Assembly: GCA_023205875.1 (NCBI GenBank)
Contig: CP060768.1
Coordinates: 496,001 to 560,000, forward strand
Source: Chloropicon primus
Taxonomy: Eukaryota
DNA: 64,000 bases
Reading direction: 5' to 3'
This document shows, one piece after another, positions 1 to 10,551 of the stretch. A program made the position numbers and the translations under genes. The notes beneath the pieces were generated by a model that saw only the letters and a program-made list of their open reading frames with translations, was not told where the DNA came from and made no database searches. The first letter of the stretch is position 1; the number at the start of each line of letters is the position of its first letter.

Positions 1-341
1 TCGTCCTGCTGAGGCGGATGAGAAGGAGCGGGGGGTGGGAGAACGCCGAGGACGTGGTGAGGCAGCTGGTTTGGGTGAGGCTGTCGAACGTTGTGGGGGA
101 GAAGAAGCTTGAGGAGAGGAGCAGGGGGAAAGAAGTCGTGGAGTTGAATAAGGGGGCGGAGGGGGCTGGGGGGAATTTTATCATGACGAGGTGCGGAGGA
201 GGAGGTGGTGGTGGGTTGTTGGGGGGGAGAGAGTGGAGGAAGGGGAAGATGGAGGAGGGAGAAGGGAGGATGGAGGAGATGGAGGAGATGGATGCAGAGA
301 GAGTGAGGGAGAGGATGAGGAAGGTGGTGGTGTTAGGGTGA
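1..341 (+). CDS. Possible 3' end of a gene entering from the left, with a low-complexity E/G/R-rich tail
   Basis: The frame appears open from the window edge (..RMRRSGGWENAEDVVRQLVWVRLSNV..) to a stop at 341. No recognisable domain. Confidence 0.3.
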   Translation, partial: VLLRRMRRSGGWENAEDVVRQLVWVRLSNVVGEKKLEERSRGKEVVELNKGAEGAGGNFIMTRCGGGGGGGLLGGREWRKGKMEEGEGRMEEMEEMDAERVRERMRKVVVLG

Positions 342-400
342 GGTCGGTTTAATAAGGGGGGGGCGGGGGGGTAATAATAATGAGGATGATGATGAAATTG

Positions 401-469
401 GTTAGGGTTTTCGTGGTTTTCGTGGTTTTCGTGGTTTTAGGATTGGTGGTGGTTTTAGGATTTTAGGGG
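401..469 (+). repeat. Degenerate telomere-like G-strand repeats (TTTTAGG / TTTTCGTGG / TTAGGG)
   Basis: gttagggttttcgtggttttcgtggttttcgtggttttaggattggtggtggttttaggattttagggg. Confidence 0.45.
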
Positions 470-575
470 AGAGGATGATGAGAAGGGGGGGAGGAAGCGG
501 TCACAAGCGGTCGCTGTCATCATCGGAACGGTTCCAGTCTCCGTCAGCGTCAGCGTAGTTTCCCTCACCCTCCTC

Positions 576-3417
576 TCAGGACTTCCAATAGTCCTGGCGG
601 TTCCAATCGGTAACGATGTCCTCGCAGAGCTCCATGAACCTCGCTGTTTGCTCGGCAGACCAACGATTGATGGGGTCTGCGTCGTTGCTGGGTCGTCGAA
701 CTTGCGCTGGCTTCTTCTTCTTGACCTCGGCCATGTACTTGGCCTTCAATGCTTTTCGGCTTGGGATATAATCTTCCTTCTCGAAAAGTTCGTGCTCCGC
801 CAACCATTCCTCCCGCAAAGATATCCAATGGCCCTGGCTTCGAGCCCACTGAGTTTTAGATCTCCTTCTCCGACTCCTCCCCTGGTTTCGCTTGCTCCGT
901 ATTCACCTCGCTATTGTTCTCAAGCATCATGAGTATCATGTTGACGAGCATTGGATGCCGGATCACTACCTCTTCGGCCTTTCTGTTCTCGGACTCCAGC
1001 CGGCGGGAGCCAACGTTCACGCCGCCTCCTTCTGCGTTCTCCTCGTACCCCTTGCCGATTTTGCAATCGTTATGACTGCAGGACAAGCACCTCAAGCCCC
1101 TTGAACCCTTGGTTGGGATCAAGGGGATCGAGGGGATCTTCTCGATCAAGGCTTTCTCGGACTCAGGTTTCTTTGTACACGGAACACAAAACCAGAAGCC
1201 AATCGTGTTCTTCAGTTGTGTCATGCCAATTTCCTTGCTCATGTCCCAAAGCTCCTTCTTGTCCACGAACTTCGTGGCTTTCAAGAAGCAACCGAACGAG
1301 CACCACTGGCTGAATTCGCTTTTCGTGATCAAGCGGTGGCAGTACCAGCACCAGTCCGAGAGGAGGCAATCGGGATTGTGCCCAGCTCGATCACGTTCCT
1401 CCCCAGGAACCGGGGTCAGAGCTCCTGTTTTGACCAAGGGGCACTCAGCGTGGCCAAGATAATCACAGCAAACGCAGGGCAGGGCTTGCATACCGTCTGT
1501 AGTAGGAACTTGAGGAAACTCCTTCATCGGCTCCCTTGCTTTGGTCTTCCTCTTCCCTTTCGTGTTGGTCTTGGCCTGTGTCTTCCTTTTCGTGCCAGTG
1601 CTCAAGGGACTGCTGCTGCAAGGTCCACAGGGACATGCGGCGGCATCGAATTTGCGAAGCTCTCTCTCCCTCTCCCCGCCGTCCTCGGCGTCGCTGTCCA
1701 CCAGAATGCAAGGACGACTCCTCTTGCACATGTCACAACCACAAATGCATCGAGTATGTGCTGGAGCGGTGTTCGCGGTGCCTGTTGTCCTGGACGACTT
1801 GCGAGAGCATTTACCAGCGCAGGGGCATTCGAAGAAATCTTTTTGAGTCACAGAGATCGCGGTTTCTGGGAAACATTCATTCTCAAACACGACATCGACA
1901 TGTTCTCCCTTTAGTGCATCCGCAAAGTACTCAAAGACTCTGCTCAATGCGTCTTCATCCAAGCCGTGTCCATCACGGTTTTCAAACAACTCGTCCCTCA
2001 CGGAGTGAACGTGGCAGTATTGCCTGTAGGTCTCCAGGAACTCCATGTGCTCCTCGCGAAGAATGATGTCGTAGTTCGCTTCCGTGATGGAACAAGCAGC
2101 GACGAGCACACGAACTGTGGGTTGGTTCTTCCATGCGCGGACGAGATCACTCGCCCGTTGCTCCACAAAGCGCTTTCCAAGAAGATACGAGGAGAAGGGG
2201 TTTCCCGTGCTTCTGCTCCCCCGGCTTCTCCAGATTCTCCAGCTTGTGCCTCAGGACGTGCTCGACGTGTTCGACGAGGAGACAAAGTTCCTCAGAAGTG
2301 TGTTGGCCCGATGCTACAGAACAACGGGTGGCGCCGGACTTGAGCATGCAGTGCGACGCCGAGTACACGGCGTGCCCGTCCGAGGTGCTTGCAGCCTTGC
2401 TCATGTACTTTTTGAGCTCCTCTTTCTTTTCCTCCCCAATCAAAGCTGCTGCATGGGACGTCGGGATACACGCCAGTATAGAGGCCTGCCCTGCGCGCTC
2501 AGCAAGGTAGTCGAGGTCCTTGTAAGCTTGTGGCCGTCTCGACAATCGCGACAAGGCAGCTACAAGAAGCGCGCAAGGCTCGCCCTTCTCCTTCGCAAGG
2601 CCAAGAGCTTCCGTAAGAACTTTGCGGTCCTTGAGGCATCGCGAGCGGCTGGCGGTCCCAAGCTCCACGAAACGAAATGCTTTCACCTGTTTAGGAAGAT
2701 CTTTGCCGAGCAACGCGCTTGAGATCGTGGCCGCCTGACCAGCGAGCTTGTTCCCAAGCCCCTCCCGCGCAAGGGACTCGCGGAGGAAGACGATGCAGTG
2801 GGTCAGTTCTTTCAAGCCCGCAACGCGCTCCAGGTGGACTCCGCCACGGCCTCGGACCACGCGGACCAGGGTCAGCTCCTCAGGCTCGCGAGTTCGCTCC
2901 GCCCGTGTACCCTCGCGTGCAAGGGTGGGCCGCGCGCCAGCTGATTCGTCGTCTGCGAAGCGAAGAGAGGCAAGAAGTCCATCCGCATTGAGAAGCGTCG
3001 TCGGATCCACGTTTTCCTCGATGGCGGCCATCTCCCGCTCCCTATGAGGTCCCGCGGAGATCGCCAGGGCCACTGTGCAAGCGTTGGTGTCCAGGCTTGT
3101 TCCGAGTGCCACCGCGCCGCACGGCTGCCCGCTGCCCTGCAAGTGGGTGAAGACAGAGACATTGGCACCACAATCCTTGGGCGCCATCCCCCTGGAGAAC
3201 CGCGGCCGGGGTGGCGCCACCAGCCCCTTCTTCACATGACGTCCCAGTATTCGTCAGTCTCCTCTTCTTCGTCGGCAACCAGCGGCTGTAGTATTCCAGG
3301 AGGTAACTCATCGCTTTCTCTCTGGTCGTGGTCTTCTCGTCCCCACTCGTCGGCCGCCTCGTTCGCGGCTCTGGCGTTACGGCGGCTCTCTTTCTCTCTC
3401 CAGCTCCGCCAGGTCAC
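576..3417 (-). pseudogene. Fragmented Cys-rich (putative Zn-binding) gene with a C-terminal SANT/Myb-like motif, split into 4 abutting ORFs
   Basis: ORFs 3232-3417, 2147-3235, 856-2166 and 576-~900 overlap end-to-start in different frames. Cys clusters include CPCAGKC, CICGCDMC, CVCCDYLGHAEC and CWYC-x9-WCSFGC. The last piece has RWSAEQTARFMELC. Confidence 0.45.
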
Positions 3418-3568
3418 ACACCTCGCCGTCCTCCTCGCCGTTACGATCTTATTGTCCTAGTATAATTAGACTAAACCTAAACCTAGTATAATTAACGTCT
3501 CTCACAGAACCCTTGTCTCACGGAGCAAGAGGTAAGGCGGCTGTTGTTTCGCCGCGGTGTTGTTTCGA

Positions 3569-3687
3569 CACCGGATGTGGGGCTCGAACCCACGACCACA
3601 AGATAACTGGACTTTTTCGAGATTCTCTCCTGAGAGTAGATCCCCGTACTAAGAGTCTTGCGCTCTACCGAACTGAGCTAATCCGGT
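3569..3687 (-). tRNA. trnK-CUU: tRNA-Lys(CTT) with a 45-nt intron at canonical position 37/38 (intron 3605-3649)
   Basis: Minus strand reads ACCGGAT TA GCTC AGTTCGGTA GAGC G CAAGA CT CTT A [intron] A TCTTG TGGTC GTGGG TTCGAGC CCCAC ATCCGGT G. All four stems pair, and the A and B boxes are intact. Confidence 0.95.
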
Positions 3688-3771
3688 AAATTCATACAAG
3701 GTGTAGAATCTACTAGGAGGTCAACTTGCGTGTTGACTTCTGTGTGAGAAAATCACAAATTTTGCTTTATA

Positions 3772-4715
3772 TTGCGATACGTTCGCCCCTCCCTTGAGCC
3801 CTGCTGGCGCACGCCATCGAGCGAGAGGCGGAGGGCGGAGGGCAGGGATGCGTTGGAGGTGGTGCCCGACTACGACCCTATCGCCTTCGCCTTGACCTGC
3901 GGGGCGTTCCTCGAGGCAGTGGTAACGGCGAACCCCGAGTGGAAGAAGAAGGGTCTTGCTCTGAGGACGGACCTGACGAGAGAGAGGAGGTTGTTCGAGC
4001 AGATGCCTTGCTTCAGTTTGAGTTGGTTCCAGTGGGTGTTTCGGTCGTTCGAAAGGAGGGAGGAGGAACAGATAAAGCGGAGAGTATGGAAAATACTACG
4101 ACCACTTCTATGACGCTGACCTGATGCACCTCGCCGCTTTCCAGGGCAGCAAGAAGGCGATCAAGTGGTTGGCTCCTCAACGTGGGTATTCCTTTGGGTA
4201 TCAAGCGCAAATGTTATCCTCATGGAGTGATAGCAGCTGCAGGAGCTGCTCGCGGAGGTCACATTGATGTGCTGGAATGGTTGAGGAGCGAGGGGTGCGG
4301 GTTTGATGGGTGGACCTGTAGAGGGGCAGCTAAAGGAGGAGGTCACCTTGACGTTCTCAAGTGGGCTTCGAAGCCAGGACCCGCCTTGTGATTGGGGCAA
4401 GGAGACTTGTGAATATGCAGCTGAAGGAGGTGGTCACCTTGACGTTCTCAAGTGGGCTTCGAAACCAGGATCCGCCTTGTGATTGGGACGAGCTGACTTG
4501 TTATTCTCAGCAGGACCCGCCTTGCCCTTGGAACGAGCTGACTTGTTATTCTCAGCAGGATCCGCCTTGTGATTGGGACGAGCTGACTTGTTATTCTCAG
4601 CAGGACCCGCCTTGTGATTGGGACGAGCTGACTTGTTATTCTCAGGCAGCTAAAGGAGGAGGTCACCTCGACGTTCTCAAGTGGCTTCGTAACGAGAACC
4701 CGCCTTGCCCTACAG
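3772..4715 (+). pseudogene. Frameshifted ankyrin-repeat protein gene (GHLxVLKWLR..PPCPWD..TC..AA type)
   Basis: Motifs AARGGHIDVLEWLRSEGCGFDGWTCRGAAKGGGHLDVLKW and GHLDVLKWLRNENPPCP are spread over several frames, and the N-terminal piece has FALTC..FLE. Multiple indels break the frame. Confidence 0.7.
4466..4645 (+). repeat. Tandem array of 4 x 45 bp (encodes QDPPC[D/P]W[D/N]ELTCYSQ)
   Basis: Unit caggatccgccttgtgattgggacgagctgacttgttattctcag starts at 4466, 4511, 4556 and 4601 with few substitutions. Confidence 0.95.
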
Positions 4716-4935
4716 TCGTCTCCAGCCTTCATGTCTGCCTTTACTTGCATCGCCTTTCCAGGCAACAACACTTGATGAATCACATATCCTCCCTCGGCAA
4801 AAAAAAAATTAAAATTTCCATTCCACCCCATCCCCATCCCCCCTACAATCAATCTATCATCATTATTCTTATCATTGACCTCGTCTCGTCTCGTCTCGCC
4901 TCGTCTCGCCTCGCCCCCTCCTCCACCATCTCCCC

Positions 4936-6483
4936 CTACCCCACCATCTCCCCCTCCTCCACCCCCCTCTCCACCCCCCCCCTCTCCGTCGTCGTCGTCG
5001 TCGTCGTCGTCATCATCCTATTCCTATTCCTATTCATATTCATATTAACCCCCATCACCATCATCCTCTTCTTCTTCTTCTTCATCCCCCCGATCCCCTC
5101 CACGACTTCCTTGAGCTCCCTCACGAGTTCCCTCCTCCTCTCCCTCAAGCCCTCCCTCCTCCTCTCCTGCTCCTCCCTCCCTCCTTCTCTCCTCCTCCTC
5201 TCCTCCGCCACCCCCTCCCTCCTCTCCTCCGCCTCCCTCCTCTCCTCCCTCTGCCTCCGCTCCTCCTGCCTCATCTCGCTCTCCTTCCTCTCGCTCTCCT
5301 TCCTCCTCCTCTCCTCCTCCTCCCTCAGCTCTTCCTCCTCCTCGACGACGCCGCCGCCCTCGACGAACCGCCGCAGGGCTTCCCGCCGCAGCCGCCGCAG
5401 CGAGGCGAAGGCCCCCGGCTTGATCAGCCCGCTCTTCTTGATCTTGAACTGGAGCTTCTTGTGGTGGAGCCGCTCGTCGGGGTCCACCATCAGGGGGCAC
5501 CCGTACCCGTACGCGTTCATGTCCCTCCGCACGAGGAGGGCCGAGCTCAGGTGCGGCAGGGGCAGGCTCCCCCGCTCCTTCTTCTCCGACCTCGTGTTCT
5601 GCTTGCCCTTGTCCTGGCTCCCCCGGCTCCCCCGGCCCGCCATCAGGATGCTGGGGTCGAACAAGTTCACCGAGCCGTGGTGCGGGCCGTACGACTCGCA
5701 GCTCGACTTGCTCGCGAACTGGTTGCCGTAGGAGCTCTGGGGAAAGAAGCTCCCAAGGTTCTGGCTGGCCCCGTTCGACCTGTCGTCCTTGCCGCCCGGC
5801 TGGCCTCCCGGGCCCTGCTGGCCCTGCTGGTTCCGCGCCGCGTTGATCCTGCTGGCCTCCTTCATCACCGCGATCACCTCCAGCCTCTTCCTCTCCTCCT
5901 CCAGGTTCTTGACGAACGCGCCAAAGCACCGCGGGTCGGACCGGGGCCTCCGGGACTCGGCGGTCCTCCTCCGGCGAGGGAACTTTCGCGGAGGGCCCGA
6001 CGACGACGAGGACGCGGGGCTGCCGGACTTTTCAGCCTCGGCCTTCTGGCTCGTGCCCGGGGGCGTCTGCTCCTTCACGAGCAGGGCCGCCCTCTGCTGC
6101 CTGGTCAGGGGCGGGGTGGGGGGGACGTCCTCCGTGTCCGACAGGCCTTCCTCCTCCCCCTCCCCCTTCTCCAACCGAAGCTTCTTCTCCGCGCCTCCGC
6201 CGTTCGCCTCCTCCACCTTGGGTCGCGGCGCCACGGCCTCCTCCCCGTGCCCGTTCCCGTCCACCTCCATGGCAACCCTCTCCCCTCCCCCGTTCGTCGT
6301 CGTCGTCGTCGTCGTCCTCGTCTCCTCCCTCTTCTTCTCCTTCTCCTTCTCCTCCTCCTTCGCCGCCTCCTTCTTGAACAACTCCGTCGGAAACACCGCA
6401 CCGGAAGCCGCGGCCGCTTGCTCTTGCTTGTTCTTTTTCACGCCGGTCACGACGCTCCCTCCTTCCTCACCTTCCATGGTCAT
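4936..6483 (-). CDS. Hypothetical protein, largely disordered, with an E/R-rich coiled C-terminus
   Basis: Long ORF with host-like GC3-rich codon usage from ATG 6483 (MTMEGEEGG..). The 3' part is low complexity. Confidence 0.55.
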   Translation of the reverse strand: MTMEGEEGGSVVTGVKKNKQEQAAAASGAVFPTELFKKEAAKEEEKEKEKKREETRTTTTTTTNGGGERVAMEVDGNGHGEEAVAPRPKVEEANGGGAEKKLRLEKGEGEEEGLSDTEDVPPTPPLTRQQRAALLVKEQTPPGTSQKAEAEKSGSPASSSSSGPPRKFPRRRRTAESRRPRSDPRCFGAFVKNLEEERKRLEVIAVMKEASRINAARNQQGQQGPGGQPGGKDDRSNGASQNLGSFFPQSSYGNQFASKSSCESYGPHHGSVNLFDPSILMAGRGSRGSQDKGKQNTRSEKKERGSLPLPHLSSALLVRRDMNAYGYGCPLMVDPDERLHHKKLQFKIKKSGLIKPGAFASLRRLRREALRRFVEGGGVVEEEEELREEEERRRKESERKESEMRQEERRQREERREAEERREGVAEERRRREGGREEQERRREGLRERRRELVRELKEVVEGIGGMKKKKKRMMVMGVNMNMNRNRNRMMTTTTTTTTERGGVERGVEEGEMVG

Positions 6484-6819
6484 CCTTCCCTCGCACACAC
6501 ACACCACACACTCGCACACACACTCGACGCGCTCCGTCGTCTCCGTCTCCTCCCTCGTCCGCCTCTCCGGCCCCTTTGAGGAGCGTTCATCCCATGGACA
6601 CGATTGGCCTTGGCCTTTGACAGACCAGGAGGCCAGGACACGAGGCAAGAGGCAAGAGACAGGGGCGTGTGTTGCGACGAAGACGACATCGAATACCCGA
6701 ACACGCAAACACGGAACCTCTCCTCCTCTCTCTGTGACACAAACACGGAGACACAGAGAGACAAACAAACGAAAGAACTTTTTGAAAAACCCAAAGGCAG
6801 CAGTTTGCTCCGATCTCCT

Positions 6820-9007
6820 ATGGAAGGCTACGGCGACTACAGCGACTCGTTCGAGGAGTACGACGAGGACGACTTCGAGTCCTACTCCTCCTCCTCCTCC
6901 TCCTCCTCCTCAATAATACAGGTCGTCAAGGTCGGCGTGGGGGAGGAGGAGCGGTACCTCAGGAAGCTCCGGAAGGAGAGGTGGGCAGCCCTGTTGAGCT
7001 CGGAATCGGTGAGTCCCATCACCTCCACATGTTTTCCAACCTAAACCTGACACCCTATCCTATCCCTAGGCAATTCAACTGGAGTCGGTCGCGCTCGACA
7101 ACCTTTTCGTGATGCCTCCCTACTCCCTGTCCCAGCTGCAGCAGATGGGCTGCGGCGCGTTCAAGACGAGGCTGGAGAAGGGGAGCAGCACATCGAGGAG
7201 GGAGACCAAGAGGTCGCAGACGGACAGGACTTCGACGAGGAACAAGCACTGCCAGTTCCCGGACCCCAACAACGCCACGGGGAACTGGAAGACCGCCTTC
7301 ACGAGGGCCAAAGTGATAAAGTCGAGGATCATGTCCTCCTCCTCCTCCTCACCATCATCCTCGTCCTCCTCGTCCTCCTCGTCTTCGATCTTGCAGGTCT
7401 CGAGCAGCAAAAAGAGGCTCGCGAACTTCGTGGTCTCCTCCGGCAGGATCATCGAGAGGCTCCTGGCGGAGAACCGCCACCGGAGCTTCCAGGTCCTCCT
7501 GGAGGGCAAAGGGGACCACAGAAGCTGGGAGGAGAAGACCTTCGACGAGGACGACATCGCGAACAAGGTCAACCGAGGGAGGTCGGTCAAGGGGGACCAC
7601 AGAAGCTGGTCGGAGAAGACCTTCGACGAGGACAAGCGGGACTCCAAGTCGAAGTTCTTGCGGCGCCTCTACAACCTCGACTTGGAGGAGTCCAGGTCGG
7701 TCAAGTGCGTCGCCTTCTCCAAGGACGTCCCGCCCCTCCTGGCGATCGCCTTGGGCCCCCGGGAGGACTCTTCTTCTCCTCCTCCTCTTTCTTCTTCTCC
7801 TCCTCCTCCTCCTCCTTCTAGCAGCAGCAGCAGCAGCCTGGTGAGCGTGTGGGACTTGGAGTCCATGGACCACCCGGCCTTCACCCTCGCGAGCTCGGGG
7901 GAGGTCTCGACGTGCTGCTTCGGCCCCCAGGCCAAGAGCACGTCCTCCCAGGCCTTCGTCGTGGCTGGTATGGAGGAGGGAGGCCTGTGCCTGTGGGACT
8001 GCGGTGAGCCCGAGGGCGCCCACACCACCAAGGTCGGCTCCACCTTTACTACCTGCAGGTGGCCAAGCTTCACCACGGAGGGCCAGCTAAACCTAAACCT
8101 GATGCACAGCGCCGAGGAGATCGTCTCTGTGGCCTGCATCCCGCCGGCGACAGCCAAGGAGGAGTTCCGTGTGGTGTCGGTGAACAGGGCCGGCTACGCC
8201 ATTGTTTGGGACGTCTGCGACGTGCCTTTCGCCCAGAACCTGTCTCAGGTGTCGGGGACTGGCCTTGGCCTGAGGATCGGGAGCAGGTACAAGCTGCTGA
8301 AGAGCTGCGTCGTCGACGCGGGGGACCTCGCGGCCGACTTCAGGCGAGGGGGGGGGGACATCAGGGTGACTTGCTTCTCCGCTGCCCGGGACGAGGTGAC
8401 CACCCTCGCCGTCGGGACGAGCGAGGGGTTGGTGTACAGGCTGAACAGGTTCGGAGCGAGGCTCAAGCCGCCTCTGTACTTTTCTCCGCTCAAGGGCGAC
8501 GAATCGAACGCGTCCCTCGTCAATGGGACCGAGCACGGAAGGGGCCTTTCGGTGCCCCCGGTGCTGGGCCTCGACTTCCTCCCCCGGGACCCCACGCAGC
8601 TGCTGTGCTGCCACCTGGACGGCACGATCTGCCTCTACAGGACGAGCCACTCCTTTCCCACCAAGACTTGGGTGTGGTCCAGCGCGGTGCTCCAGGTGAA
8701 GTGGCACCCGGACTCGCCCGGGGTCTTCTTCGCCTTGGACGCCGAGTCCAACCTGCTCCGCTGGAACGTGCAGGACGCGGAGCCCATCACAGTGCACGCT
8801 CTGGTGGCGTCCGCGGGGGAGAGAGGTTCTGGGGTGCACGCCACCGGGTTCAGTTTGAGCTGCCCGGGGGAGGAGCGCAGGGGCCAGGGCGAGGCCCCGA
8901 CGATGCCCACCTTTGTGTGCTCCACCCTATCCAACGGAAGGGCCAGCGTCTTCGTCCTGGCAGACGACGACGAGTCGAGTGAAGGGAATGAAAGCCACCA
9001 CCACTAA
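6820..9007 (+). CDS. WDR60: WD40 dynein-2 intermediate chain-like (WDR60/FAP163). Exons 6820-7008 and 7070-9007
   Basis: Acidic N-terminal YSDSFEEYDEDDFE, a QT..K.CQFP motif, and C-terminal WD40 repeats (GMEEGGLCLWD, VKWHPDSPGVFFALD). The intron GTGAGT..CTGAC..TAG at 7009-7069 joins the frames in phase 0. Confidence 0.7.
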
Positions 9008-9159
9008 ACCACTGTAACGAGAGAATCAGCACAGCAAGAGAAGAAAGAATTCTTGTTCGATCAGTTGGCTGCACCCAAGGCGAGGGGCGAGAGCGCTCTG
9101 TCCATCCATCCATGCCATGCCATGCCTTGCCTTGCCTATTCGTGATGATGATGAATCGG

Positions 9160-9506
9160 CATCCTAATCCAAAGGCGATCCTAAAACCTAAGCCGATCCT
9201 AGAGCCATCCTAAAGCCGATTCCTAAAGACCACCTTAAAACCTAAGCCGATCCTAGAGCATCCCTATGCCGATCCCTATTGATCCTAAAACCATCCTCAA
9301 CACCCATCCTAATCCTAAACCGATCCTTATTGATCCTAATTGATCCTAAAGCCATCCTAAAGCCGGTCCTAACACCAATCCTATTCCTAAACCCATCCTA
9401 ATCCTAAAAGCCCATCCTAAAACCAATCCAATCCTAAAACCAGTATCCTAAAAGCCCATCCTAAAGATCAATCCTTAAAACCGGTATCCTAAACCGATTT
9501 ACCTAA
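9160..9506 (+). repeat. Degenerate telomere-like C-strand minisatellite (CCTAAAA / CCTAAT / GATCCTAAA units)
   Basis: About 350 bp made of many ATCCTAA(A) variants, e.g. cccatcctaatcctaaaagcccatcctaaaaccaatcc. AT-rich relative to its flanks. Confidence 0.7.
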
Positions 9507-9797
9507 TGATGATGATCAGGAACAACCTGGTCCACTTCGGTCACAAGGGGTGAGGGGCCAGAGAAACTACGATCCAAGGAAGGACTCTTGCTTGCTCTCT
9601 CCATTGCTTTCGTATTCATCAAGAAATGAATCGATTTCCGCTTGCTTGCTTTGTAACGTACGCGGCGGTCTCGTGTCGGCGTCGATGATGATGATGAGAA
9701 ATGACTTGTCAGGGAAAAACACTGAAGAGTGATGACATTTGTAACTACATTTTGCTTATACAGCTTGCTTGCTCTGCTCTTAAGTCACTCTCCCTCC

Positions 9798-10313
9798 TCA
9801 CTCTTCCTCCTTGACCTTGACGATGGAAGGGGTCGTCTTGCTTCGTGTTCTCTTCTTCGCAAGGCTTCTCGTCGTCTTCATGTTGTTGTTGGCGGCTGCG
9901 TTGGAATCCACCTCATTCAGCTCGTCAGTGGTTGATCGATTCAAGTATTCCTTGGCAATGGCATATGTTCCACGTTCAGTGCGAACAAAGCGGGGGCTCT
10001 GTGAACAAGCAGCGCTGACAGTGGCCCGCATTTTCTCATCATCAGTAGAAACAGAACAGCCTCTCCGCCTGAACACATACAACTTCTTCGCCCGGATCCG
10101 GCCAAGGGTCTCTTTGACGCGCAAGCTCCCTCCCGCAGCATCTTGAAGAACGAGATAGACGGCAGTCACAATAGTTCTCTTTCCATTCCTAGTCTGGGTA
10201 GGACGTGCGTTGTCTCTCAACATAGTCACCCGCGCTGACGCTGGCTCAGGCTGAAAAGACGAATCCGCACCACCACTATCCTTCTCACTGTCACTCTCCT
10301 CATTGATGATCAT
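9798..10313 (-). CDS. Small protein with a HARE-HTH-like winged-helix domain
   Basis: TIVTAVYLVLQDAAGGSLRVKETLGRIRAKKLY..ATVSAACSQSPRFVRTERGTYAI fits the HARE-HTH pattern (T..A...VL...L...I...T..A......F.R...G.Y.L). Confidence 0.55.
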   Translation of the reverse strand: MIINEESDSEKDSGGADSSFQPEPASARVTMLRDNARPTQTRNGKRTIVTAVYLVLQDAAGGSLRVKETLGRIRAKKLYVFRRRGCSVSTDDEKMRATVSAACSQSPRFVRTERGTYAIAKEYLNRSTTDELNEVDSNAAANNNMKTTRSLAKKRTRSKTTPSIVKVKEEE

Positions 10314-10551
10314 GATGATGATGATGACGATGGTCCTCCCTCTCCTAATCTCCAGATTGAAGCCAAGAGAATCTGCAACAGCTCAATCAGTCCCTCCTTC
10401 CTTCCCTTCTCTTCTCCCTTCCTTCCCTCCATGGCCGCCGCTGCTGATCGTCCCTCTCCTCCTCCTCATCTCTCCAGACTTTCTTCTTCCGAAAGCCAAG
10501 CCAAGCCAAGCCAAGCGGTAAGCGGTTCACTCCAACACTCCATCGGTCACG

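Noticed and set aside
4466..4645. CRISPR-like array
   Set aside because: The units are directly tandem with no unique spacers, they encode ankyrin sub-repeats, there are no cas genes, and the context is eukaryotic.
4361..5731. 456-aa + strand ORF with long hydrophobic/Ser-Leu stretches
   Set aside because: Beyond the ankyrin part it is the antisense shadow of the GA-rich tail of the minus-strand gene.
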